Source: an uncultured Candidatus Saccharibacteria bacterium (GTDB taxonomy: Bacteria > Patescibacteriota > Saccharimonadia > Saccharimonadales > Saccharimonadaceae). Taken from it: a stretch of DNA of 35,606 nt. The DNA is taken from the NCBI GenBank assembly GCA_937863095.1, contig CALMCP010000083.1, forward strand, positions 1 to 35,606, written 5' to 3'. Made by a program: the position numbers and the translations under genes. Of the stretch, positions 24,654-35,432 are shown in pieces; within the stretch, counting starts at the first letter, position 1, and each line of letters starts with the position of its first letter. The notes beneath the pieces are model-generated. The model was not told where the DNA came from. It ran no database searches and worked only from the letters and a program-made list of their open reading frames with translations.

Positions 24654-26456
24654 ATGATTGCCGATATATCTATCACCGAAAAGTCATTTGGTCCGAAGCT
24701 GCTCATGAGTAATGTGAAGTTTTCTATTGATGATGGCGAGAAGATTGGTGTGATTGGCCGAAATGGCGTCGGCAAGTCGACGTTGTTTGGCGTTTTGGCC
24801 GGGACGGACAAAGATTTCACCGGTGAGATAGTGTATAAACGTGGCACGACTGTGGTGGCAACGGCGCAGGAGCATCATGATTTGAAAGACACGACAGTAC
24901 TGCAATATGTACTAGCGGGACTTCCCGAGTACTCTGAGCTGAGCCATATTCTCGAGACATATCCGCTGACGATGGGCGATGACATGAAGAAAATCGAGCG
25001 CTATACCGCGGCCTTACAGCGATTTGATGACAAAGGATTTTACCAGATAGAGGAGCAGATAGAGCGCGAACTGGCTCACTTTCAACTGCCCGATGTTGCG
25101 CACCGGCCCTTCTCTACCCTGTCGGGCGGACAGAAACGACTGGTTGAAGTGGTGAAAATCATGCACTCCGACGCGCACTTGGCACTGGTCGACGAGCCAA
25201 CCAATCACATGGACTACGTGGCAAAACAGCAGTTTATCGACTGGCTGAAAGGCGCGCGCGAGGCGGTGTTGGTTATCACGCATGACCGGGATGTGTTGGC
25301 CGAGGTCGACAGGATAGTCGAGCTGAAAGATGGCGGCAGTGTGAGTTATAAGGGTAATTACGATGCGTATTTGAAGCAAAATGCCGTTTCGACTGGCTCG
25401 CAGATGAACGAGTTTGAGCACATCGAGAAGCGAATCGTTAATTTGAAGCAGAAAGTGATTGACTATCAGCGGCTGAAAGAAAAATCGCGCAACCCCGGCA
25501 CTATCCAGAAGTTTAAGCGACTCGAGATGGAGTCGCGTCAGGAGTTGGCGGAGTTGGAGGCGAAGGAGCGGCCGACGTTTTGGATTGATAAAGAGTCGGT
25601 GGCCGAGCTGAACTATAAGGTAGCCGGGCAATACGAGAAGTTCAAAGCGAAAAATGTGCGTATCGGCCTGAAGAGTGACGAATCGCGAAGTAAGCATGTG
25701 CTGGTGAGTGCGCGGGATGTGGCACTGGGTTATGGTGATGCACCATTGTTTGAAGGGGTGGATATCGACCTGCGTGAGGGTGAGGCGATGGAGCTCCGGG
25801 GGCGAAATGGCGCTGGGAAGACGACGCTGATAAAGGCACTGCTTGGCGCGGCGTCATCTCTCGCCACTGAAAATACTTTCTCCGGGGTCAGGGTGGGCGC
25901 ACGAGAATCTGAATCTTCTCGTGCCGCTCAGCCTGCTGGGGTTAAGACCCCTACGAAAGTATCTCCAGCGGCGAGTTCCCTTCTGGAGAACGGTTCTCCA
26001 GAAATGACAAAACGTGGTATAGTATGTTTTTCTGGCGAACTAACACTTGATAGTCAGGTGCGTGTCGGCATCTACGAGCAGGAGGTCTCCCCTACGTACT
26101 TTGATTTGCCACTTGAGGAAGCTATTGAGCGGATGTATCTGGACCGAGGCTTGGCGATTACGACGACAAAGATTCGTCAGTTGATGAGCGACTATCTGTT
26201 CACCGAGGGTGATGGCAGGGTGCCGATTCGGCGCTTGAGCGGTGGCCAGAAAGCGCGGTTCCAGCTTATCGCGATGTTGGCAAACAATCCGCAATTGCTC
26301 ATTCTTGACGAGCCGACAAACCACCTCGATCTCCCGAGCATCGAGGAACTAGAAACAGCGCTCCAGAAATACTCTGGAGCAGTGCTCTACGTTAGCCACG
26401 ACAACTACTTTCGCGAGAAATTAGGCGGCGAAGTAGTGCAGATTGGCGCAGTGTAG
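24654..26456 (+). CDS. ABC-F family ATPase with an in-frame palindromic insertion
   Basis: Two NBDs (GRNGVGKST, LSGGQ, DEPTNH; GRNGAGKTT, LSGGQ, LDEPTNHLD, SHD), a GNYD.Y linker and no TM segments. Confidence 0.95.
   Translation: MIADISITEKSFGPKLLMSNVKFSIDDGEKIGVIGRNGVGKSTLFGVLAGTDKDFTGEIVYKRGTTVVATAQEHHDLKDTTVLQYVLAGLPEYSELSHILETYPLTMGDDMKKIERYTAALQRFDDKGFYQIEEQIERELAHFQLPDVAHRPFSTLSGGQKRLVEVVKIMHSDAHLALVDEPTNHMDYVAKQQFIDWLKGAREAVLVITHDRDVLAEVDRIVELKDGGSVSYKGNYDAYLKQNAVSTGSQMNEFEHIEKRIVNLKQKVIDYQRLKEKSRNPGTIQKFKRLEMESRQELAELEAKERPTFWIDKESVAELNYKVAGQYEKFKAKNVRIGLKSDESRSKHVLVSARDVALGYGDAPLFEGVDIDLREGEAMELRGRNGAGKTTLIKALLGAASSLATENTFSGVRVGARESESSRAAQPAGVKTPTKVSPAASSLLENGSPEMTKRGIVCFSGELTLDSQVRVGIYEQEVSPTYFDLPLEEAIERMYLDRGLAITTTKIRQLMSDYLFTEGDGRVPIRRLSGGQKARFQLIAMLANNPQLLILDEPTNHLDLPSIEELETALQKYSGAVLYVSHDNYFREKLGGEVVQIGAV
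25853..26008. mobile_element. 156-bp (52-codon) palindromic element inserted in frame in the ABC-F gene
   Basis: Bounded by GTCAT/ATGAC. Nested stems 25860-25880/25955-25975, GGGGTC/GACCCC and GCACGAGAA/TTCTCGTGC; second hairpin TTCTGGAGAAC-G-GTTCTCCAGAA. Confidence 0.7.
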
Positions 26457-26462
26457 TTGAGC

Positions 26463-26774
26463 CTATTCGCTGATAAGGTTGTTGCGTCGGAGCGCGTCTT
26501 CGAGCTTTGGGCGGTCAAACCCAAGTACGAGCTCACCAGCGATATCAGTAACTGGCACACCCTGGAAGTTGCCGCCGTTCTTGCCAAGCAACTCATCGCG
26601 AGCAGCTGGCTCTGCTTCGATATCTTTGGCAGTAAACTCTACCCCAAGCTTCTTGAGCCATTCCATCTCTGTGTGGCAAAATGCACACCAGCTGGTTGAG
26701 TAGACGATTACTTTAGCGTCTTGGTGGGTTGTTGTTGTGTCTTCGCTCATAGTTTCCCTCTCTTTAGTATCCAT
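26463..26774 (-). CDS. Glutaredoxin / NrdH-redoxin family protein
   Basis: VYSTSWCAFC (CxxC), GVPV and LGFD motifs. The start could alternatively be 26750. Confidence 0.9.
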   Translation of the reverse strand: MDTKERETMSEDTTTTHQDAKVIVYSTSWCAFCHTEMEWLKKLGVEFTAKDIEAEPAARDELLGKNGGNFQGVPVTDIAGELVLGFDRPKLEDALRRNNLISE

Positions 26775-26850
26775 AGTTCCTAATACGTCTTATGATAGCA
26801 TATTGTGAAGATAAGCTAAAGCGGATATATAGGGACGGCATGATTCTTGA

Positions 26851-27081
26851 CTACTTCTTGCTTGTTAGGTGCCATCCTCCACAATGTACGCATTCATATA
26901 TGTCCAGCTCAACGTTCGTATCCGTTAACATTCCAGTATCCGCGGCGTATTGCGCCTGCTTTTCCGTCGGAAAACGTCGCTTTTCACGACACGCTACATA
27001 TAGCGTCGACGCTATATCTGGTGTAGAAGACGCTATATGTAGCGTTTTTTTGGGCTTTTTCGGGTAATTCTTTCGCGGCAT
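26851..27081 (-). CDS. Small basic hypothetical protein (76 aa) with possible Cys/His zinc site
   Basis: MPRKN...C.EKRRF.TE..A...YECVHCGGWHLT. The longer 189-aa ORF call overlaps atpZ antisense and was trimmed to ATG 27081. Confidence 0.7.
   Translation of the reverse strand: MPRKNYPKKPKKTLHIASSTPDIASTLYVACREKRRFPTEKQAQYAADTGMLTDTNVELDIYECVHCGGWHLTSKK
26991..27045. repeat. Triplet C of 16-bp palindromes, inside a CDS
   Basis: ACGCTACATATAGCGT 26991-27006, ACGCTATATCTGGTGT 27009-27024, ACGCTATATGTAGCGT 27030-27045. Confidence 0.85.
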
Positions 27082-27124
27082 AGTCTCTAGACAGTATACG
27101 GTAAAAGATGATACTATGTAAGCA

Positions 27125-27391
27125 ATGGAGAGTAAGCAGTCTGTTTCTGATGACCAAAAAGCACCCGATACCGAGCATACAGGGGTGATGTTAGCGACAA
27201 TTGGCGATACAACGTGGCGAATGTTTGTGCCTTCTATCGGGTGTACATTGTTGGGTGTTTGGACGGACCGACACTTTGGGGTATCGCCGTGGTTGATGAT
27301 AACGGGTATCGTTCTCGGTTTTTTTGGCGCGTTCTTGCTTGTCAAGAAACAACTATCTGACATCGCTGCTCGCAAGGGAGCACACAAATGA
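27125..27391 (+). CDS. AtpZ/AtpI-family protein
   Basis: Two TM helices with G.W.D..FG..PW; first gene of the atp operon. Confidence 0.85.
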   Translation: MESKQSVSDDQKAPDTEHTGVMLATIGDTTWRMFVPSIGCTLLGVWTDRHFGVSPWLMITGIVLGFFGAFLLVKKQLSDIAARKGAHK

Positions 27392-28215
27392 TGCACTTTG
27401 TCGCTGCGGCTGGACCGCACATTTCCATCAAGGCTGAAACGCTATTTTCTATCGGCGGTGTGCCTATTACCAACTCCCACCTGCTCGGGACGCTTGGTGT
27501 TATCGTGCTGGTATGGCTACTGTTTCAAGCGCGAGCTGTGGCGCTTGGCAAGAAGCCAGCAAACTTCGCTACACGACTAATTACTTGGACCTTTGAAGGG
27601 CTCTACAGCACGGTGAAGCAAGTCATCCCCGATGAAGCGTGGGCGAAAAAGGTTGCGCCAGTTGCTATCACTATCTTTTTCTTTGTTATCGCGCAGTATT
27701 GGATGGGGATATTGCCTATCGTCGGGCCGATTACTATCGGCGAGCACGCCACTCCCCTATTTCGGCCGTTTGTGGCGGACCTGAACATGACGTTCGCGCT
27801 GGCACTTGTGACCATTGTCGCGGCGCAGATATACGCGTTCAAATATATGGGTTTCAGAGGCAATATGGGGCGATATTTCATCAATCCGCTTAAAGACCCT
27901 ATTATGGCATTTGTTGGTATCCTGGAGCTTGTGGCGGAGTTTTCGCGCCTGTTAGGTCTGAGTTTTCGTTTGTTTGGCAACGTGTTGGCGGGCGAAGTGC
28001 TACTTATTATGATAGCCTACCTGACGCAGTTTGTTTCACCACTGGCACTACAACCATTTTATCTGTTTGAGTTGTTTATCGGCGGTATCCAGGCGTACAT
28101 TTTCTTTATGCTGACTGTGGTGTTTATTTCCCTTGGCCTAAGTCACCACGGCGATGAGGCTCATGACGATGTTCATTCCCCTTCCCTTCATAAGACGGTG
28201 GAGAGTGAAACGTAG
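27388..28215 (+). CDS. atpB: ATP synthase Fo subunit a
   Basis: ADLNMT.ALA, LSFRLFGNVLAGE (essential Arg) and IQAYIF..LT motifs. Confidence 0.96.
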   Translation: MMHFVAAAGPHISIKAETLFSIGGVPITNSHLLGTLGVIVLVWLLFQARAVALGKKPANFATRLITWTFEGLYSTVKQVIPDEAWAKKVAPVAITIFFFVIAQYWMGILPIVGPITIGEHATPLFRPFVADLNMTFALALVTIVAAQIYAFKYMGFRGNMGRYFINPLKDPIMAFVGILELVAEFSRLLGLSFRLFGNVLAGEVLLIMIAYLTQFVSPLALQPFYLFELFIGGIQAYIFFMLTVVFISLGLSHHGDEAHDDVHSPSLHKTVESET

Positions 28216-28252
28216 GTACGTAAATAATTAAATTATAAGGAGATATAAAATA

Positions 28253-28465
28253 ATGGAAGCACTAGCATTTTCACTCGCGTACGCACTGCCAGCAGCATTT
28301 GCGGCGATTGGCGCGGGACTGGTCGGCGCAGCAGCGATGAACGCGGCAGGTCGTAATCCCGAGAAGATTAATGATTTGCGAACCATGATGATTCTTGGTA
28401 TTTCATTTATCGATGCTCTGGCGATTATTGGTTTCATCGTTGCTATCGTCGGTCGAGTGATGTAG
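28253..28465 (+). CDS. atpE: ATP synthase Fo subunit c
   Basis: 70-aa hairpin with RNPE loop and carboxylate Asp in FIDAL. Confidence 0.95.
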   Translation: MEALAFSLAYALPAAFAAIGAGLVGAAAMNAAGRNPEKINDLRTMMILGISFIDALAIIGFIVAIVGRVM

Positions 28466-28480
28466 TTGTCAGAGGCATCT

Positions 28481-29026
28481 GTGGAATACTTGACAATACA
28501 ACTTGTGACAGTGGCGACGGCTGAGCCGGCGGGTGATTTGTTCTCGTCGATTGGTGTCAATTGGACGCTGCTCGGACTGCAGACGGTGGCGTTTTTGCTG
28601 CTCCTTTTCATCTTGAAAAAGTTTGTCTATCCGCCGCTTGCGGCGATGCTCGACAAACGCGATGAAGCTGTCAAAGCCAGCGCTGACGCCGCTATGGAAG
28701 CAGAAAAGCATGCAGCCGAGGCTGAAGCGCGTACGGCTGAACTACTTGACGAGGCAAAGCGTGAAGCGGCTGATATCGTCGCTACCGCCAAGGAAGAGGC
28801 ATCGAAAACCGCGGAAGATGTTGCTCGTAAGGCTGAGGCGAAAGCCGATGCACTGCTTGCGAATGCGCGCGACGAACTAGCCAAGGACGTTGCATCGGCC
28901 AAAAAAGCGTTGGCATCAGAGACGGTTGGCTTGGTGGCAGAAGCATCTGGGAAGCTGCTGGGTGGCAAAATTGATGCTACGAAGGATGCTGAGTTGATAG
29001 CAAAAGCACTAAAGGAGTCTCAGTAA
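28481..29026 (+). CDS. atpF: ATP synthase Fo subunit b
   Basis: TM helix, KKFVYPPL..MLDKR and a coiled coil. GTG start at 28481 after AGAGG (TTG at 28466 is an alternative). Confidence 0.93.
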   Translation: MEYLTIQLVTVATAEPAGDLFSSIGVNWTLLGLQTVAFLLLLFILKKFVYPPLAAMLDKRDEAVKASADAAMEAEKHAAEAEARTAELLDEAKREAADIVATAKEEASKTAEDVARKAEAKADALLANARDELAKDVASAKKALASETVGLVAEASGKLLGGKIDATKDAELIAKALKESQ

Positions 29027-29403
29027 TGGCGAGTCGGTTGTCGCGACGAACGCTGGCGAAGTTTGCGGCCGATGAGCTGTTGGCGGGAAACGAGCAGGTG
29101 CTCGACCAGTTGGCGGCGCTGCTTGTCGAAGAGCAGCGCGAGCGTGAAGCCGACATTTTGGTGCGCGACATTGAAGCGCAATTGGCAGATGCTGGGCATG
29201 TTGTGGTGCGGGTTGAGACGGCGCATTCGCTCGATGCGAGTAGTAAGCGCGACATCGAGGCTATGCTGGGCGACAAGACAGTGCATATACAAGAGACAGT
29301 GAAGCCAGAGCTTATCGGTGGCCTGCGCATCGCAACGCCGACTCAGGCGCTCGACCAAACAGTCGCCCGAAAACTTGAAACGCTACGGATGGCGGAAATA
29401 TAG
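29026..29403 (+). CDS. atpH: ATP synthase delta subunit (short, 125 aa)
   Basis: Lies between atpF and atpA; C-terminal V.TA..L and PELIGG....D.TV..KL motifs. Confidence 0.88.
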   Translation: MASRLSRRTLAKFAADELLAGNEQVLDQLAALLVEEQREREADILVRDIEAQLADAGHVVVRVETAHSLDASSKRDIEAMLGDKTVHIQETVKPELIGGLRIATPTQALDQTVARKLETLRMAEI

Positions 29404-29412
29404 AGGAGTACT

Positions 29413-30939
29413 ATGAGCAAAATAGATGTAACAGAATTATCAAAAAGTTTGCGCGACGCTATCGCGAAGCTCGAGAGCTCTGAAGGTCTCGAGGACGTTG
29501 GCGTGGTGGTCCGCGTGGGCGATGGTGTGGCGTGGGTGCATGGCCTCGGCAATGCTGGCTATAGCGAGGTGCTGGAGATTGAGTCGCCCGACGGTCCCGT
29601 TGAGGCGTTTGCGCTGAATCTCATGGAAGATGAGATTGGTGCGGTTATTTTGGGCGGTGAAACGAAAGTGGGTGCGGGCGCGAAGGTGACGCGTAAGGGC
29701 GAAGTTTTGACGGTGCCGGTGGGCGAAGAGCTTTTGGGTCGGGTGGTTGACCCGTTGGGGCGACCGCTTGATGGTGGGCCGGCAATTAAAACGAAGCACC
29801 AAGGACTAATCGAGCGACCAGCTATTGGTGTGATGGGTCGAAAGTCAGTGCATGAGCCGCTGATGACCGGTATCATGGCGATTGACGCGATGTTCCCTAT
29901 CGGCCGTGGCCAGCGGGAACTGATTATTGGTGACCGTCAGACCGGCAAGACGGCAATTGCTATCGACACGATGATTAATCAAGCTAAGCAAAAGACGGGC
30001 GTGGTAAATGTCTATGTCGCCATAGGTCAGAAGTTGTCGAAGATTACTCGACTGGTTGAGCGCCTGAAAGAAGAAGGCGTGATGGACCAGACGATTATCG
30101 TGGCGACCAGTCCTTCTGACGCTGCTTCCCTGCTCTACCTCGCACCCTATGCTGGTACGGCGATGGGTGAATATTTCCGTGACAAGGGTGAACACGCCTT
30201 GATGATTTATGATGACCTGACAAAACATGCCGTGGCATATCGCCAGATGTCGTTGTTGCTTCGTCGCCCACCAGGACGTGAGGCATATCCGGGCGATGTG
30301 TTCTACCTGCACTCTCGTTTGTTGGAGCGCTCAGCGAAGCTTTCTGACGCTCTGGGCGCTGGGTCGCTGACGGCACTGCCTATCATTGAAACGCAGGCTG
30401 GTGACATCTCAGCATATATCCCAACCAATGTTATTTCGATTACGGATGGCCAGATTTTCTTGGAAACAGATTTGTTCTACCAGGGTATCCGTCCAGCGAT
30501 TTCCGCTGGTTTGTCGGTGAGTCGTGTTGGTGGTGCTGCCCAAACAAAAGCCGTGAAGTCGGTTGGCGGTAATTTGAAACTTGGTCTGAGCCAGTTCCGT
30601 GAGCTTGCGGCGTTTGCTCAGTTTGGGTCTGACCTTGACGCTAGCACAAAAGCACAAATCGACCGCGGTCAGCGGCTGACAGAGCTGCTCAAGCAGCCAC
30701 AATATCAGCCAATGAGCATCTGGGAGCAATTTGTGAGTATCCATGCCGTAACCAGCGGAGCGTTCGATGATGTGCCAGTCGAGAACATCAAGGATGCGCA
30801 GGCGGCAGTCTTGACGCGACTCTGGAAAGACCACAAAGACGCCATGCGTGAACTGAACAAGGGTGACAAGCCGACCGAAGAGCATCTGAAAGTCATCGAC
30901 GACGTGACGAAAAAAGTTGCGAAAGGGTTTGAGGGGTAG
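29413..30939 (+). CDS. atpA: ATP synthase F1 alpha subunit
   Basis: [17 protein letters not shown] and [23 protein letters not shown] motifs. Confidence 0.98.
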   Translation: MSKIDVTELSKSLRDAIAKLESSEGLEDVGVVVRVGDGVAWVHGLGNAGYSEVLEIESPDGPVEAFALNLMEDEIGAVILGGETKVGAGAKVTRKGEVLTVPVGEELLGRVVDPLGRPLDGGPAIKTKHQGLIERPAIGVMGRKSVHEPLMTGIMAIDAMFPIGRGQRELIIGDRQTGKTAIAIDTMINQAKQKTGVVNVYVAIGQKLSKITRLVERLKEEGVMDQTIIVATSPSDAASLLYLAPYAGTAMGEYFRDKGEHALMIYDDLTKHAVAYRQMSLLLRRPPGREAYPGDVFYLHSRLLERSAKLSDALGAGSLTALPIIETQAGDISAYIPTNVISITDGQIFLETDLFYQGIRPAISAGLSVSRVGGAAQTKAVKSVGGNLKLGLSQFRELAAFAQFGSDLDASTKAQIDRGQRLTELLKQPQYQPMSIWEQFVSIHAVTSGAFDDVPVENIKDAQAAVLTRLWKDHKDAMRELNKGDKPTEEHLKVIDDVTKKVAKGFEG

Positions 30940-31821
30940 ATGGCGAGCACGCGGCAGCTAAAGACTCGTATCCGCTCGGTTGGCAACACCAAGCAAATTA
31001 CTCGCGCCATGCAGATGGTTGCGGCGAGTAAGATGCGTCGTTCACAAGAAGCAACAAAGGCGTCGACGCCATATGCTGAAGCGGGTGGCGAGTTGTTGAT
31101 GAGTTTGGCGTCACACGTAAAGACACAGGAGCATCCGCTGTTTGAGCGTCGGGAGATTCGACGACGGTTGATTGTGTTTGTGGCGTCAGACAAGGGTCTC
31201 GCTGGCGCATACAATGCCAATGTTTCAAAGAAATATCTGGAACTGCTCAAGCGCGATGATGAGCGTGGCATAACAAATATCACTCTGACAGTTGGTCGCA
31301 AGGCGTCGCAGCTTGCAAGTCGTTTGAAAGACACCGAGGTCATCGGCTCATACGATGACCTGCCCGACCATCCTGGTGGCGTGGCATTTCGCACGGTGCT
31401 AAATACGATTCTAGAACAATTCACCGAGCGGCATGTCGATGCAGTGACGCTGGTCTATACCGACTTCGTCAGCAGTGTCGTTCAGGAGGCGCGCTGGCAA
31501 CGACTCCTCCCTGCTGGTACGACAATTTCGAGTGATGAGGCGGACGACCCGGAGCCCGCAAAAGACGTGAAGTATGAGCCAACCGCCGAGGTTGTACTCA
31601 GTGAAGTGGTGCGGCGGATGATTGGAGCACGATTGTTTCAGGCGTTGCTTGATGCTCGTGCGTCGGAGCATAGTATGCGGATGATTGCTATGAAAAATGC
31701 GACTGATAATGCGAGTGATTTGATTGATGATTTAACGCTGGCGATGAATAAAGCTCGCCAAGGCGCGATCACCCAGGAGCTAGCAGAGATTAGTGGTGGC
31801 GTGGAGGCGATGTCGGCATAG
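30940..31821 (+). CDS. atpG: ATP synthase F1 gamma subunit
   Basis: RI.SV.NTKQITRAM.MVAASK and SEHSMRMIAMKNATDNA...RQ.AITQELAEI motifs. Confidence 0.97.
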   Translation: MASTRQLKTRIRSVGNTKQITRAMQMVAASKMRRSQEATKASTPYAEAGGELLMSLASHVKTQEHPLFERREIRRRLIVFVASDKGLAGAYNANVSKKYLELLKRDDERGITNITLTVGRKASQLASRLKDTEVIGSYDDLPDHPGGVAFRTVLNTILEQFTERHVDAVTLVYTDFVSSVVQEARWQRLLPAGTTISSDEADDPEPAKDVKYEPTAEVVLSEVVRRMIGARLFQALLDARASEHSMRMIAMKNATDNASDLIDDLTLAMNKARQGAITQELAEISGGVEAMSA

Positions 31822-31844
31822 CCGACAGAATGGGGTAAAGCAGA

Positions 31845-32237
31845 ATGACGAATGAAGTAAATAAAATTCAATCCTTCACAGATTTACATACTTGGCAAGA
31901 GGGCCATAAGCTAGTGGTGAGCGTATACGAAGCCGTAAAGGATTTGCCTTCACATGAGGCATTTGGTTTGCGTAGTCAGATGCAGCGCGCAGCAGTTTCG
32001 ATTACATCGAATATTGCAGAAGGCTTCTCTAGACGTACGTTTGCCGATAAAAAACACTTTTATTATATGGCAAAAGGGTCATTAACCGAACTACAGAATC
32101 AGCTGCTCGTTGCTCGAGATGTGAAGTATATCGACAAGGAGTACTTCGATAGTCTAGCAGACCAGTCTAAGGTAGTAATGGGCTTGCTGATAGGATTAAT
32201 TCGCTCTACGGCGATAAACGATAGGAGGAAAATATGA
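31845..32237 (+). CDS. Four-helix bundle protein (23S rRNA IVS protein / Avd-like family)
   Basis: SF.DL..WQ, LP..E.FGL.SQM.RAAVSI.SNIAEG and A.GSL.E...Q motifs. Confidence 0.92.
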   Translation: MTNEVNKIQSFTDLHTWQEGHKLVVSVYEAVKDLPSHEAFGLRSQMQRAAVSITSNIAEGFSRRTFADKKHFYYMAKGSLTELQNQLLVARDVKYIDKEYFDSLADQSKVVMGLLIGLIRSTAINDRRKI

Positions 32238-32271
32238 TTACATCATTCTGCATTCATTATTCAACGACTAA

Positions 32272-34108
<1,837 letters not shown>

Positions 34109-34112
<4 letters not shown>

Positions 34113-35086
34113 CGCTGCGAATCCGACAATAAGGCGCGAGCCTCACTCGTGTCTTTTGTGTGCATGAGCTGGTCTCGGAGTTCTTTGGCGCCGTCAAAGT
34201 CGCGGATGTAAATCTTGAAAAATCGTTTGAGGGTTTCGTACGGGCGGCCGAGTTGGGGTTGCCATTGGTCGAAGAGGTCGAGGTGGTAATGGAGGAGAGA
34301 GAAGTGTGGGTCGGCTGGGTGCTCTGCCCCACCTCGCGCCACCCGCTTATCCTCATCTTGATGCCACATGAAGCAAAATGGGTCATGGAATACTCCTCGC
34401 CCAATCATGACACCGTCGAGACCGGGAAATTGGCGCGCCAATTGCAAACCGTGTTCTCGGTTTGCAATATCACCATTAATAGTCAGAAGTGTGCTGGGCG
34501 CAATTTCGTCACGCAGGGCGATGATATCCGGGATGAGCTCAAAGTGTGCTGGAACTTTGCTCATCTCTTTCTTGGTACGAAGATGGATAGTCAGGTTGAC
34601 AATGTCTTGTTCGAGCAATGTTGTCAGCCACTCGCGCCACTCGTCAACATGTGTGTAGCCAAGGCGAGTTTTGACACTAACAGGTAGTTCAGCGGTTTTG
34701 GCCGCTTGGATGGCTGCGATGGCAACGTCAGGCTTACGGATGAGCGCTGAGCCACCAGATTTGACGGCACTTTTAGCCGGACAGCCCATGTTGATATCGA
34801 TACCATTGTAGCCGAGCTCACGGCAGTACATAGCGAGCTGTTCCATATCGCCTGGTTCCCCGCCCCAAATTTGGGCAACAATTGGTTGTTCATCGTCGGT
34901 CTTGATGAGTCTCCCGCCGATAGCCTTTTGTCCGGCATGAACCCAGCCGGTGGCGTTGGTAAACTCAGAAAACCAGATGTCCGGTGCGCTGGCCCTTGCC
35001 ACGACATGACGAAACACGACGTCAGTGACGGCCTCCATAGGGGCAAGGACAAAAAACGGTCGTGGGAGCTCATGCCAAAAACTCAT
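34109..35086 (-). CDS. tRNA-dihydrouridine synthase
   Basis: LAPMEAVTD, IDINMGCP, SVKTRLG, IH.RT, INGDI and VMIGRG motifs. Confidence 0.95.
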
Positions 35087-35089
35087 GGA

Positions 35090-35362
35090 TTATATTACCC
35101 ATATCTCTAGAGTGTCAGGGTGGCTGTCTGTAGGCGTAGGTTGTTCTGCAGGGCACTCCGGCCGATAAAAATCGAATGGATTATTATTCTCGAGACAGGC
35201 TACTAGAAAACCTAGCCGTGCGAGTTCTGCGGTTGTTGCTTCCCCGTGATTTATCTGCCTCACTAGTTCCTCGGTTCGCTCAACTGTGGCTCGGACGAGT
35301 GGATTTGTCTCATCGAGTCCGGAAGTCGTAGGAGTTCGTTGTCGTTCTGTAGTTGCTGTCAT
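35090..35362 (-). CDS. Hypothetical 90-aa protein
   Basis: TTGACT-17 bp-TACTAT promoter 7 nt before the ATG; the ORF abuts the dus gene. No family recognised. Confidence 0.55.
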   Translation of the reverse strand: MTATTERQRTPTTSGLDETNPLVRATVERTEELVRQINHGEATTAELARLGFLVACLENNNPFDFYRPECPAEQPTPTDSHPDTLEIWVI

Positions 35363-35404
35363 AAGAAGTATAGTACCACTCTAGAGGGAGTGAGTCAAAA
35401 GGTG

Positions 35405-35432
35405 AAAAGCCCGCTTCGTCATTGAAGCGGGC
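35405..35432 (-). terminator. Intrinsic terminator
   Basis: Minus strand GCCCGCTTC-AATGAC-GAAGCGGGC-TTTT. Confidence 0.75.
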
